From: Coprobacillaceae bacterium
Lineage (GTDB): Bacteria; Bacillota_I; Bacilli_A; Erysipelotrichales; Coprobacillaceae
Length of the DNA: 32,000 nt
Direction: 5' to 3'
Assembly (NCBI GenBank): GCA_963675515.1
Contig: OY776328.1
Coordinates: 540,001 to 572,000 of the forward strand
Below the pieces are notes generated by a model. It was not told where the DNA came from and searched no databases. It saw nothing but the letters and a program-made list of their open reading frames with translations. Within the stretch, counting starts at the first letter, position 1, and every line of letters begins with the position of its first letter. Position numbers and translations under genes: made by a program. Positions 8,896 through 19,630 of this stretch are shown here, one piece after another.

Positions 8896-9138
8896 ATGAA
8901 CCGCAGCCGTAAAGAGAACATCATGGATTTGAAGCAACAATTAAACACGCCAAGTACCAATTCAATCAAGGCGTTCACTCGTTACAAGTTGGCGACTTAC
9001 ATGTTCAATATTGTCTTCCCGCCATATGGTCTCTACCGGCTATGGTCCAAGCAAAGTGAATTTTGCCTAAGTGAAAAGGTCGCCCAATCTTTTGTGGTGA
9101 GTGTTTATGTAACGACTTTAATCCAATCATTGATTTAA
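8896..9138 (+). CDS. Small hypothetical protein (80 aa), possibly membrane-associated
   Basis: AAGGAG 7 nt upstream of the ATG. Starts 11 nt after the EIIC stop and is followed directly by a terminator. Two hydrophobic stretches. I recognise no family. Confidence 0.5.
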   Translation: MNRSRKENIMDLKQQLNTPSTNSIKAFTRYKLATYMFNIVFPPYGLYRLWSKQSEFCLSEKVAQSFVVSVYVTTLIQSLI

Positions 9139-9158
9139 AAGTCCTTCGGGACTTTTTC
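9137..9158 (+). terminator. Rho-independent terminator after the EIIC and small-ORF unit
   Basis: AAAAGTCC-ttcg-GGACTTTT stem-loop, with T-rich tail. Confidence 0.7.
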
Positions 9159-9190
9159 ATATTGGTAAAAACAACCCGATTTGATTTAAA

Positions 9191-9207
9191 ATTTGATAAA
9201 ATCAAAT
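9191..9207. promoter_or_regulatory. Perfect palindrome, candidate operator in front of the RpiR gene
   Basis: ATTTGAT-AAA-ATCAAAT (7-bp arms) 12 nt upstream of the RpiR start. A third ATTTGAT copy lies at 9179-9185. Confidence 0.35.
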
Positions 9208-9218
9208 GGGTGATAAAT

Positions 9219-11586
<2,368 letters not shown>

Positions 11587-11625
11587 GCGGATAGATCCCG
11601 CCAGTATTTGACAAGGAGAAATTAA

Positions 11626-12549
11626 ATGGATTTGACTGTAGTGATCAATGTCATGGTTCAGCTGTTTTTGGTTATGGGACTTGGCTATTTCATGATGAAA
11701 AAAAGCATATTGGACCGCGAGATATTGAAGAAATTCAATTACATAGTTCTTTCCATAACCACTCCGGCTCTGATTTTCGCATCGGTCTGCGGCGAAAATG
11801 ACGCTTCGGCCGACGTGGTCTTGTATGTGGCGGCAGTCGCATTCGCCTTTTATCTGATTTTACCGGTTGTCGCTTTCGTTCTTATCAAGATATTGAGAAT
11901 AAAGAAACCCCGCCAGGGACTTTTCATCTTCATGACGATCTTCTCGAATGTCGGATTCATAGGATTCCCGGTGATGAAATCGATATTTGGCAACACGGCC
12001 GTATTCTACACCGCGATTTTCAACCTTATGTTCAATTTTGAAGTGTTCACCCTCGGGGTGCTGCTTATCAACCGCGACAAGGGAGAGAAGGCGACCATCG
12101 ATTTCAGGAATCTGATCAACCCCGGGGTCATATCTTCGGTTCTGGCCATCATCATTTACTTTGCGAATCTGCAGATGCCATCTATCCTGATCTCGACCGC
12201 GGAGATGGTCGGAGGTATGACGACCCCGCTGGCCATGATCATCATCGGAGCAAACCTGGCCCTGATGGATATCAAAGAGGTTTTCAATGAGCTGATTGTC
12301 TATCCGTACACGCTGATCAAGCAGATTATCCTCCCGGTAATAGCGTTTCCGGTGATCGCCTACTTTATCAAGGATCCTCTTATCCAGGGGATCACCCTGG
12401 TCAACCTGGCCATGCCGGTGGGCAACAGCGCGGTCCTTTTTGCGACCCAGTACGATCATGATGTGTCGCTGGCGGCCAAGACGGTGTTCATCACAACTTT
12501 GTTTTCCGTATTCACCATTCCGCTGATCGTCGGACTGTTCCTTGCCTGA
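11626..12549 (+). CDS. AEC (auxin efflux carrier) family permease
   Basis: AAGGAG SD. 307-aa protein with about 10 TM segments and the layout typical of the AEC/malate-permease family. Only a 39-nt gap after the GH1 gene. Confidence 0.8.
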   Translation: MDLTVVINVMVQLFLVMGLGYFMMKKSILDREILKKFNYIVLSITTPALIFASVCGENDASADVVLYVAAVAFAFYLILPVVAFVLIKILRIKKPRQGLFIFMTIFSNVGFIGFPVMKSIFGNTAVFYTAIFNLMFNFEVFTLGVLLINRDKGEKATIDFRNLINPGVISSVLAIIIYFANLQMPSILISTAEMVGGMTTPLAMIIIGANLALMDIKEVFNELIVYPYTLIKQIILPVIAFPVIAYFIKDPLIQGITLVNLAMPVGNSAVLFATQYDHDVSLAAKTVFITTLFSVFTIPLIVGLFLA

Positions 12550-12572
12550 TCCTGGATTCCAGGATCTTTTTT
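12548..12572 (+). terminator. Rho-independent terminator after the AEC permease gene
   Basis: GATCCTGG-att-CCAGGATC 8-bp stem followed by TTTTTT. Confidence 0.78.
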
Positions 12573-12615
12573 GTCGCCCATATGAAGGCAAATCAGTGTA
12601 ATCATCCTGATAGTA

Positions 12616-12624
12616 TGTTATAAT
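12616..12624 (+). promoter_or_regulatory. Extended -10 promoter element for the aminopeptidase gene
   Basis: TGtTATAAT (TG at 12616-12617, TATAAT at 12619-12624), 23 nt upstream of the GGAGG SD and ATG at 12648. The -35 is poor. Confidence 0.45.
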
Positions 12625-12647
12625 TATCAATATTTGGAGGAATTATT

Positions 12648-13874
12648 ATGTTTAAGGAAAACTTGAAAAAATACGCCCGCCTGCTGGTGGAGAGCGGGCT
12701 GAATGTCCAAGAAGGGCAGGTTGTGGCGATAATGGCCACAATCGAAGCGGCGGAACTGGTCCGTGAAGTCACCAAGGCGGCATATGCAAAAAAAGCCAAG
12801 GAAGTGCGGGTGCTTTACGATGACGAATTCGTGACTCGCCAGAAATACCTGAATTCGCCCCTTGAGGTGTTCGAGAATGTGCCAAAATACATCAGTGAAT
12901 TCCGTAACGAGCTGGTCAACCAGGATTCGTGCATCCTGTTTTTGCGCGGTGACGATCCGGAGCTGCTCAAGGGATGCGACCGTGAAAAGGTTGCAACTTA
13001 CACTAAAAACATGATGCTGGCGCTAAAACCGTTCAACGACAAGCGGGACAACATGGAGCTTTCATGGTGTATCGGGGCAGTCCCGTCAGCTGCCTGGGCC
13101 AACAAGGTCTACCCGGACATGGCGACCCATGAGGCCATCGAAGCCCTGTGGCAGGCCATCTTCAAGGTGACACACGTGACCAGTGAAGATCCGGTGGCGT
13201 TCTATGCGCAAAACAAGATCAATTTCGAAAACCGGGTGAAATATCTCAATGACCTGAAGATCGAGTCCCTGCACTACAAAAATTCGCTGGGAACCGATCT
13301 GGTTGTCGAACTGCCTGAAAAGTATCTTTTCGCCGGCGGGGGCAGCTATCTTTCCAACGGGGTGTACAACTTCCCGAATATCCCGACTGAAGAGGTTTTC
13401 ACCGTCAACAAGAAACACGGAGTCAATGGGATTGTCTACTCTTCGATGCCGCTCAACTATCATGGCAATCTGATCGAGGACTTTTCGTTCCGGTTTGAAA
13501 ACGGGAAAATAATCGAAGCCAAGGCGCGCGTGAATGAGGATGTCCTCAACGACATGATCTCACTTGATGAAGGGGCAAGCTATCTAGGCGAGGTCGCCCT
13601 GGTTCCATATGACAGCCCGATAAGCAATCTCAAAACGCTGTTTTATATGACCCTGCTTGATGAGAACGCTTCTTGCCATTTTGCCATCGGCAATTCCTAT
13701 ATCGAGTGCCTGGATGGGGGACTTGAGATGAGCAAGGAAGAAAAAAAGGTGCAGGATGTCAATGAATCCCTGACCCATGTCGATTTCATGGTGGGGACGG
13801 GAGATCTGGAGATTATCGCCACGACAAGAGACAATAAAAAAGTGCCGATTTTCAAAAACGGCAACTTCGTTTAG
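12648..13874 (+). CDS. Aminopeptidase, M29 (PepS/AmpS) family
   Basis: GGAGG SD. 408 aa with the N-terminal LKKYARLLVESGLNVQEGQ block and the C-terminal HFAIGNSY...HVDFM metal-binding blocks characteristic of thermophilic-type M29 aminopeptidases. Confidence 0.85.
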   Translation: MFKENLKKYARLLVESGLNVQEGQVVAIMATIEAAELVREVTKAAYAKKAKEVRVLYDDEFVTRQKYLNSPLEVFENVPKYISEFRNELVNQDSCILFLRGDDPELLKGCDREKVATYTKNMMLALKPFNDKRDNMELSWCIGAVPSAAWANKVYPDMATHEAIEALWQAIFKVTHVTSEDPVAFYAQNKINFENRVKYLNDLKIESLHYKNSLGTDLVVELPEKYLFAGGGSYLSNGVYNFPNIPTEEVFTVNKKHGVNGIVYSSMPLNYHGNLIEDFSFRFENGKIIEAKARVNEDVLNDMISLDEGASYLGEVALVPYDSPISNLKTLFYMTLLDENASCHFAIGNSYIECLDGGLEMSKEEKKVQDVNESLTHVDFMVGTGDLEIIATTRDNKKVPIFKNGNFV

Positions 13875-13902
13875 AAAACACAGGCCTAAAAGCCTGTGTT
13901 TT
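13875..13902. terminator. Bidirectional terminator shared by the aminopeptidase and TPR genes
   Basis: AAAACACAGGC-ctaaaa-GCCTGTGTTTT perfect 11-bp stem. The stop codon of the minus-strand TPR gene (13886-13888) sits in the loop, and its last 5 codons form one arm. Confidence 0.7.
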
Positions 13903-15586
13903 CCTGTTGGGATGAATGATTGTCGAGGATTTTCTCGATTTCCTGATACCGGGGGTCGCCGGCCTGGTAATACAGATAGGCCAGCTCCTGGTATATGTTC
14001 ATTATGAAATTCTGGAAATGGGGGTCGATCTTGCCAAGCTCCTGGGCGTTGGAAAGCGACATCAGACAGAAATCAATGGCTTTTTCACTGTCCTGGCGCG
14101 CCTGGAAGTATTTGGTGAACAGCTTGTATGTCTTGGCTTTTTCCTCATAGAGGTATTCGACCTGGGCGATCTGGCTTTTTTCGAGCAACGATTCAAGTAT
14201 CATCAGGTTGTCGTATACCTCGTCGAGGTCTTTGAGGGCCAGGTGGTTCTGGGCGATCAGCCGGTAAATCGGGGCGTACTGGATCTTGTCGACATAGATC
14301 TGGTCGTAGCAGTTTAGTGCGGCTTTGAGATTTGTGAGCGACTGGCCAAATTCATGGAGGTAGTAGTCGGTCTCGCCGATGATAAGATAACAGCTGCCAA
14401 TCAGGAAGTAATAACGTTCATCAGTAACCTTTATCCTGGAAAAGTGTTCCAGGGCGATCTGTCCGTAATCCTTGGCCTGGTTGTAATCCTTGAGACCTAG
14501 GTGGCAAACCGCCAGCACCCGATAGACCACGGCGATGTCGTACACGATCAGGTCTTCGTCGCTTTGGTTCTTAGCGATGTTCTGGAATGATTTGAGGGCC
14601 TTGTGGGCGAACTCGACAGCCTCGACGTAACGGTCGAGATGGCTGCAGGTTTCGCTGACCGTCAGATAGATGGGACCCAGGGCATAGGCGTCCTCGTCGT
14701 TTGTTTTCAGCAGGTAGAAAAGCGACTTGTTGAGCGAGTCGAGCAACTGGGTGTTCTGGTTCATGTTTCTTTGAAGCGTTGCCAGGACGAGATAGCTGTC
14801 AGCCAGATTTGATATGCCTCCGGCATCGTCGGGACTGAGCTTGTACAGTTCAAGGCGGGCCTGGATGGCTGCCTGGGCCGATTCGAGGGCCGATTCATAT
14901 TGGTTCAAACTGGTGTGCAACCGGGTTACCTGCTGGTGGTAAATCGCCAGGTAGAGCAGGTAATTGCGGCTTTTCTTGTTTTCAAACAGCGACAAATAGC
15001 GCCAAGATTCTTTGAGTGACTCTTCGACCTGGTCGAACTTTTGCATGTTAAGCAGGTGGTTTGTGTGAATGAGGTTGTTGAACCCGATTTCGTGGATCTG
15101 CACCGGTTTGAGATATCCGGTATCGATCTTGTTGAGACTTTGCAGGTACATCTCGTACTCATGGTGCATCTTTTTCTGGTGGTAGTAATTGATCAGGTTG
15201 ATCAGGGAATTGACATACATCGGGATGAAGATATCGTCATCAACCGACAGTTCCTGGTAATCATCGACTCCCCCGCGCAGATATTCTTCAGTGTTCTTGG
15301 AAAAATCAAGCTTGACCGAAAGGCTGCCAAGAAGGCTGTTGATGTAGGCCCGGTCCTGCAGGCTGACTTCGCTTAAATCCAGATTGACCAAAGCCTCGAA
15401 GGCTTCCTCGTATGATTCAAAGGCGTTAAGCAACGAGGCGTATTTGATGGAGAAATAAACCTGTCCTTCCCTGGTCAGGCGGTGAGACAAAAGCAAGTCC
15501 TCGTACAATATTATCAGTTCACCTGCGGTCTGCTCATCCAAAGGGCGGTTTTCCAATTCTTCTATTTGTTTCACTATATCTTCCAT
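13886..15586 (-). CDS. Hypothetical all-TPR-like repeat protein (566 aa), function unknown
   Basis: AGAGAGG SD. Roughly a dozen helical repeats of about 40 aa with the TPR-like Y..A......AL pattern (YEEAFEALVNL, YESALESAQAAIQ, YVEAVEFAHKALKSF, YNQAKDYGQIALEHF, FGQSLTNLKAALNCY, SEKAIDFCLMSLSNA). No HTH, TM segment, signal peptide or catalytic motif seen. Confidence 0.8.
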   Translation of the reverse strand: MEDIVKQIEELENRPLDEQTAGELIILYEDLLLSHRLTREGQVYFSIKYASLLNAFESYEEAFEALVNLDLSEVSLQDRAYINSLLGSLSVKLDFSKNTEEYLRGGVDDYQELSVDDDIFIPMYVNSLINLINYYHQKKMHHEYEMYLQSLNKIDTGYLKPVQIHEIGFNNLIHTNHLLNMQKFDQVEESLKESWRYLSLFENKKSRNYLLYLAIYHQQVTRLHTSLNQYESALESAQAAIQARLELYKLSPDDAGGISNLADSYLVLATLQRNMNQNTQLLDSLNKSLFYLLKTNDEDAYALGPIYLTVSETCSHLDRYVEAVEFAHKALKSFQNIAKNQSDEDLIVYDIAVVYRVLAVCHLGLKDYNQAKDYGQIALEHFSRIKVTDERYYFLIGSCYLIIGETDYYLHEFGQSLTNLKAALNCYDQIYVDKIQYAPIYRLIAQNHLALKDLDEVYDNLMILESLLEKSQIAQVEYLYEEKAKTYKLFTKYFQARQDSEKAIDFCLMSLSNAQELGKIDPHFQNFIMNIYQELAYLYYQAGDPRYQEIEKILDNHSSQQENTGF

Positions 15587-15606
15587 AGGGCACCTCTCTT
15601 TATTTC

Positions 15607-15635
15607 ATTTTATCATCTTATTGAAAGCGTTACAA
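15607..15635 (-). promoter_or_regulatory. Candidate sigma-A promoter of the TPR gene
   Basis: On the minus strand: TTGTAA (15635-15630), 17-nt spacer, TAAAAT (15612-15607). It would give a short leader containing the SD. Confidence 0.45.
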
Positions 15636-15737
15636 ACAAATATCCCGGCAATCGGGAGCGCTACCAAGTTTTTGTGTAACTTATCAATGACGGAAGTTGA
15701 CTTTTGGCTAACAAAAACCAGAATCGGCTCTTAGGTG

Positions 15738-15766
15738 TTGAAAATTACCTCTTGAGCAAGTAAAAT
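15738..15766 (+). promoter_or_regulatory. Candidate sigma-A promoter of the three-gene HTH operon
   Basis: TTGAAA (15738-15743), exact 17-nt spacer, TAAAAT (15761-15766). Confidence 0.5.
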
Positions 15767-15808
15767 TAAGGTGAATAAGCGAATCGGTTTAAAATGAAGA
15801 GGTCTATT

Positions 15809-16933
15809 ATGAATGAATTTGTTTCGTTATTGAACGACTATATTGAAAACTCGGGAATATCGCAAAGCCAGATTTCGCGGGAAGTGGATATCGGCCGGAC
15901 CAAACTCAACAAATGCCTTAACGGCAAACGGAATCTGACATATCAGGAATTGGAGAAGATATGCAACTATCTTGGCCTTTCCAATTATCAAGAAAGCCTC
16001 CTTAAAGAAGCCTATGCCAACCGTGATCTTACGAGGATGCAACTGGCTAATTTCAAGGAGCTGGAAAACTTGTTCAGGAATATCTGCGATGTCAATAAGA
16101 TTGACCGCAATCAGCTGGTGATCCACCCCGTAAACAGGATGGCGTTCACCCACAGCCATTACTTTGGCCGCCTTAATGTGATAACGATGATCAAGAAGAT
16201 CGTCCGTTCCCATTATGACCAGCAATCCAAGGTTGATCTGGTCATGAATCTGCCACTCTATGACAACCTGCTGCGCCAGTTCTTTATCGAGATACTGTGC
16301 AACTTCAATTCCAATTTCCAGATAAACCATCTTGTACCGGTCAATCTCGACGACAGTCTGGTAAATGAGAATCTCAATGTCCTCAACGTCCTCAATCAGG
16401 TGTTGCCTCTGGCGATGTTGGGCCAGTACCGCTACAATTGCCTTTATTTCGATGCCTATCTGCTTAAAAACGAGTTCAATATCTACCCGTATTTTATCAT
16501 TGTCAACGACACCGCCATGTTTGTTTCCAATGACCTGAAAAACATGCGGATCGAGACCGACATCGAGGCTGTGCGCTACTATATGAAAGTCATCGAATTG
16601 CAGAAACTCTCGTCCAAACCGCTGGTCACCCTGACAAGCGATGTGCCCGAGGGAATCTATGATTTTGTCTTCAGCGATGATGCGAAACTCATGGAAAAGT
16701 ATTCGGCCAGGAAAATATATTCGATCAGCGAACTCGATAATCATTTCTGCGAGAAATTCAAAAGGGCTCGAACCGGCGTCAATGATGATGGAAACATCTC
16801 CGTGCTGGTCAGGGATGACATGATTGTAATCAAGCCAGCCGTTGATCGTAGCGATTGCTTAATAATTGAAAACCGGACGTTAATCAAAAACGTCAAGGAT
16901 TACGTCAGGGCCAATATTCCCAATAATTTTTGA
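15809..16933 (+). CDS. HTH (XRE/Cro-like) protein with an uncharacterised C-terminal domain, paralog 1
   Basis: GAGG 6 nt upstream of the ATG at 15809; the ORF-track ATG at 15794 lacks an SD and is the alternative. The N-terminal SGISQSQISREVDIGRTKLNKCLNGKRNLT is a classical HTH. The C-terminal blocks are shared with the next two genes. Confidence 0.8.
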   Translation: MNEFVSLLNDYIENSGISQSQISREVDIGRTKLNKCLNGKRNLTYQELEKICNYLGLSNYQESLLKEAYANRDLTRMQLANFKELENLFRNICDVNKIDRNQLVIHPVNRMAFTHSHYFGRLNVITMIKKIVRSHYDQQSKVDLVMNLPLYDNLLRQFFIEILCNFNSNFQINHLVPVNLDDSLVNENLNVLNVLNQVLPLAMLGQYRYNCLYFDAYLLKNEFNIYPYFIIVNDTAMFVSNDLKNMRIETDIEAVRYYMKVIELQKLSSKPLVTLTSDVPEGIYDFVFSDDAKLMEKYSARKIYSISELDNHFCEKFKRARTGVNDDGNISVLVRDDMIVIKPAVDRSDCLIIENRTLIKNVKDYVRANIPNNF

Positions 16934-16953
16934 CCCTGAGGAAAGGAGTAACC

Positions 16954-17880
16954 ATGTTTGGAGAAACATTAAAAACGATAATCGATGACAGCGGCATTTC
17001 GCTATCCAGGATATCCCGGGCGAGTGGAATATCGCGGTCGATGCTCTACAAGGTTATCAAGGATGAAAGCCAGCTTTCTAACGAGAAATTCACTCAGTTG
17101 ATCGAAGCCGCTCTGTTTGGACCTGGTCAGATAAACGAACTGATGGACGCCTATCTTTCCAACTGCACTGGAAACTGTGATGGAAGTGGTCTTATCCGGG
17201 CCTTGAATTTTATTGAGAATCTTCAAAGGAACGAGTCGCGCAAAGTAGTGGAGCCAGTCGAGCTGGTCAATTCAGCCGGATATACAATGTTGTCTGATCA
17301 AAAAAAGATCGCCAACACGATCAGCCAGGCATTGTCCAACTATAAGCGGGAATTGCTGATACTCAACCAGGAAAAATCGCGGATCGAGAAGCATATCCCC
17401 GAGTCGGGCAAGAACATCATCGTCATGAAAAACATCTCCGACTTGTCGCGGAAGGTCACCAATCTCAATGATGGCCTGCTGGCATGCCTGCGCAACCCGG
17501 ATATATATTTCTGCTATACTACGGTGCCTACGCTAAACATCTCGATCTATGACAACTATCTCCTGGTTGATGACATACTGTATATGTACAGCTGCGACCT
17601 GACGATTATGGCATACACAAGCAACCCCAAGCGGATCAGCTTTTTCAAAAAGATATTCTTCGAGCGGCTGGAGAATTCGAGCAGGTATTTCCAGGTAGAG
17701 CCGCTGTTCAAAAGCTATCAGGAAGTTCTCAAGGTATCTCCAAATCAGAGCATAATTTTCAAGGACAACCATTATTACATCAAAAACAGAAACAAGGCAT
17801 TGATCCTGGACAAGATGCTTGAACAGGATCTAAGAGATTATTTCACCAGAGGAGCCCACAATGTCGAAATTCACCAGTAA
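16954..17880 (+). CDS. HTH (XRE/Cro-like) protein with an uncharacterised C-terminal domain, paralog 2
   Basis: GAAAGGAG SD before the ATG at 16954; the ORF-track start at 16930 is a TTG overlapping the upstream stop. HTH is SGISLSRISRASGISRSMLYKVIKDESQLS. Starts 20 nt after paralog 1. Confidence 0.8.
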   Translation: MFGETLKTIIDDSGISLSRISRASGISRSMLYKVIKDESQLSNEKFTQLIEAALFGPGQINELMDAYLSNCTGNCDGSGLIRALNFIENLQRNESRKVVEPVELVNSAGYTMLSDQKKIANTISQALSNYKRELLILNQEKSRIEKHIPESGKNIIVMKNISDLSRKVTNLNDGLLACLRNPDIYFCYTTVPTLNISIYDNYLLVDDILYMYSCDLTIMAYTSNPKRISFFKKIFFERLENSSRYFQVEPLFKSYQEVLKVSPNQSIIFKDNHYYIKNRNKALILDKMLEQDLRDYFTRGAHNVEIHQ

Positions 17881-19303
17881 ACTGCAGGAGTTGATCGAGA
17901 AGTACGATATCCCCCCTTCAAAACTGGCCCGGGCCCTGGGCATCGACAAGGATGACCTGACGCAGGTATATGACGAGTCAATCGCCCTGACCAGGGATAA
18001 CTACTCGATGCTTGTAAATACAATGGACCTCAATTTCATTGAAGCCCGGGAGCTTGACCAGCTGTTCAATATCTATCTTTTTGGCGAAGACGAATACAAC
18101 TTCAAGACGAGAATAAAGGAATTTCTCGAACAGATATCCTTCAAGATAAGCTGGGATCTTGAAAGCGGATATTTTTGCGAGAATGCCAGTCTTTACAAGG
18201 ATGTCTATCAGGATGGCTTCTATCAATATGACAGCCAGATGTCGCTGATTCTTGCAATCAAGAGGGTTGTCAACGCCTCGCTGTGCAACGAGGCCAAGAC
18301 CAAGATCCGCCTTGTCTACAATTTCGACAACGAGTTCTTGCTTGGGTATTTCTACGAGATATTTTCAAGCTATCATGTCAATCTGGAAATCACCCAGCTT
18401 ACCACTTTTAACGGATTGCACAACGGCAAGTTCGATCTCAATATCCTTTCATATCTGATTTCCCTGATCCTGGCATCCAATCTCAATTATAATTGTCACT
18501 ACAACAACGATTACCAGAAACTGGTGGCGGGTGATTTTAGCAACTATATGATCGTCAATGAAAAGATGTTCATTTTCGACGACCAGCTAAGCCGGGGAAT
18601 GCTTATCTTCGATGCCGGGCAGGTCGACGCCTTCACCAGGAAATTCGACCAGTCGATCGGGCTTTTCACACCGGTGGCATACCGCTGCGACTCGATCGAC
18701 AGCTTCAATGAAATCTACAGCCAGGTGAATCAGGAGATGGTCTATTACTCGATCGAACCGGGGGTCTACCTGAACAATTTTCTGACCAAGGAAATGCTTG
18801 TGAAACACTACAACTACGACCCGGAAGACACTCAAAGGATCACCGACAAGATGCTTGAGGCATTGGGAAAAAAGAAAAAACAGCGTGTCTACAAGACGGT
18901 GACCACGATCGACGGTCTGAAGGATTTTGTCGTCAATGGCATAAACAATTCCTTCCCGCAGTTTGGCGATAAATGTTACAGCCTCCAGGAAAGAAGGGAA
19001 ATCATGGAGAAAATCATCGCCGGAGTCAAAGACGATACATATCAGCTAAACATCATCAACACCAGGAGTCTTATGCTGCCCCAGTCGATCGTTGTCGTGG
19101 CTTCGCATCAATCCGGCCTGTTTTTCACCCTGGTCCGCAATTATGAAAACGAGAACCAGAACATCTCATTCTATTTCAATGACAAGTTTTTAGGGAAGCT
19201 GTTCTGTGATTTCATCGACGGCCTCAAAGATGACGGAATTGCGTACTCCAAAAAGGATACGCTGCTCACGCTGACCCAAATGATGAACGGTTACTTGAAC
19301 TGA
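17861..19303 (+). CDS. HTH (XRE/Cro-like) protein with an uncharacterised, extended C-terminal domain, paralog 3
   Basis: AGAGGAG SD 6 nt upstream. Overlaps paralog 2 by 20 nt. HTH is IPPSKLARALGIDKDDLTQVYDESIALT. Core blocks (NLNYNCHYN, NYMIVNEKMFIFDD) are shared with paralog 1 (YRYNCLYF, YFIIVNDTAMFVSND). Confidence 0.8.
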   Translation: MSKFTSKLQELIEKYDIPPSKLARALGIDKDDLTQVYDESIALTRDNYSMLVNTMDLNFIEARELDQLFNIYLFGEDEYNFKTRIKEFLEQISFKISWDLESGYFCENASLYKDVYQDGFYQYDSQMSLILAIKRVVNASLCNEAKTKIRLVYNFDNEFLLGYFYEIFSSYHVNLEITQLTTFNGLHNGKFDLNILSYLISLILASNLNYNCHYNNDYQKLVAGDFSNYMIVNEKMFIFDDQLSRGMLIFDAGQVDAFTRKFDQSIGLFTPVAYRCDSIDSFNEIYSQVNQEMVYYSIEPGVYLNNFLTKEMLVKHYNYDPEDTQRITDKMLEALGKKKKQRVYKTVTTIDGLKDFVVNGINNSFPQFGDKCYSLQERREIMEKIIAGVKDDTYQLNIINTRSLMLPQSIVVVASHQSGLFFTLVRNYENENQNISFYFNDKFLGKLFCDFIDGLKDDGIAYSKKDTLLTLTQMMNGYLN

Positions 19304-19596
19304 CCGATTCAAATTGATGCGAATCAATGTGACAATTGCCTGTGCGCTATTTTGGTCTAAATGTTGTCACACCTACAGTGGCATATTGCAATGTGGAGCT
19401 TATTAGGCTAGAATGGAATCAGGTAATACGACATGGGGAATAATAATAAAGTCGTATTGCTCAAATTTTGTTGGGGAATCATCTAAGCTCGGGAAAGTTT
19501 TTATATGTGGCGTCGATCAAGGTTAATGGGGATTTCCTTTGACCGGCGGAAACGATTTATTCATAATGTTCAAAGACTTAGGTCTAATCGTTCGAG

Positions 19597-19625
19597 AGAC
19601 AGTTAATTTATTAGCTGTCTTTTTC
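19597..19625 (+). terminator. Plus-strand rho-independent terminator with no annotated gene directly upstream
   Basis: AGACAGtTAAT-tt-ATTAgCTGTCT hairpin followed by TTTTcGTT. It lies about 300 nt after the stop of paralog 3. Confidence 0.6.
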
Positions 19626-19630
19626 GTTGC

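Noticed and set aside
11860-12630. A 256-aa minus-strand ORF antisense to the AEC permease gene.
   Set aside because: The product is rich in R, D, H and Q and of low complexity. It runs through the permease terminator and the aminopeptidase promoter. The plus-strand frame gives a convincing 10-TM transporter.
15827-16744. A 305-aa minus-strand ORF antisense to HTH paralog 1.
   Set aside because: It is a shadow ORF. The plus-strand frame encodes a recognisable HTH and is paralogous to the two following genes. The antisense product has no SD, no recognisable motif and a skewed composition.
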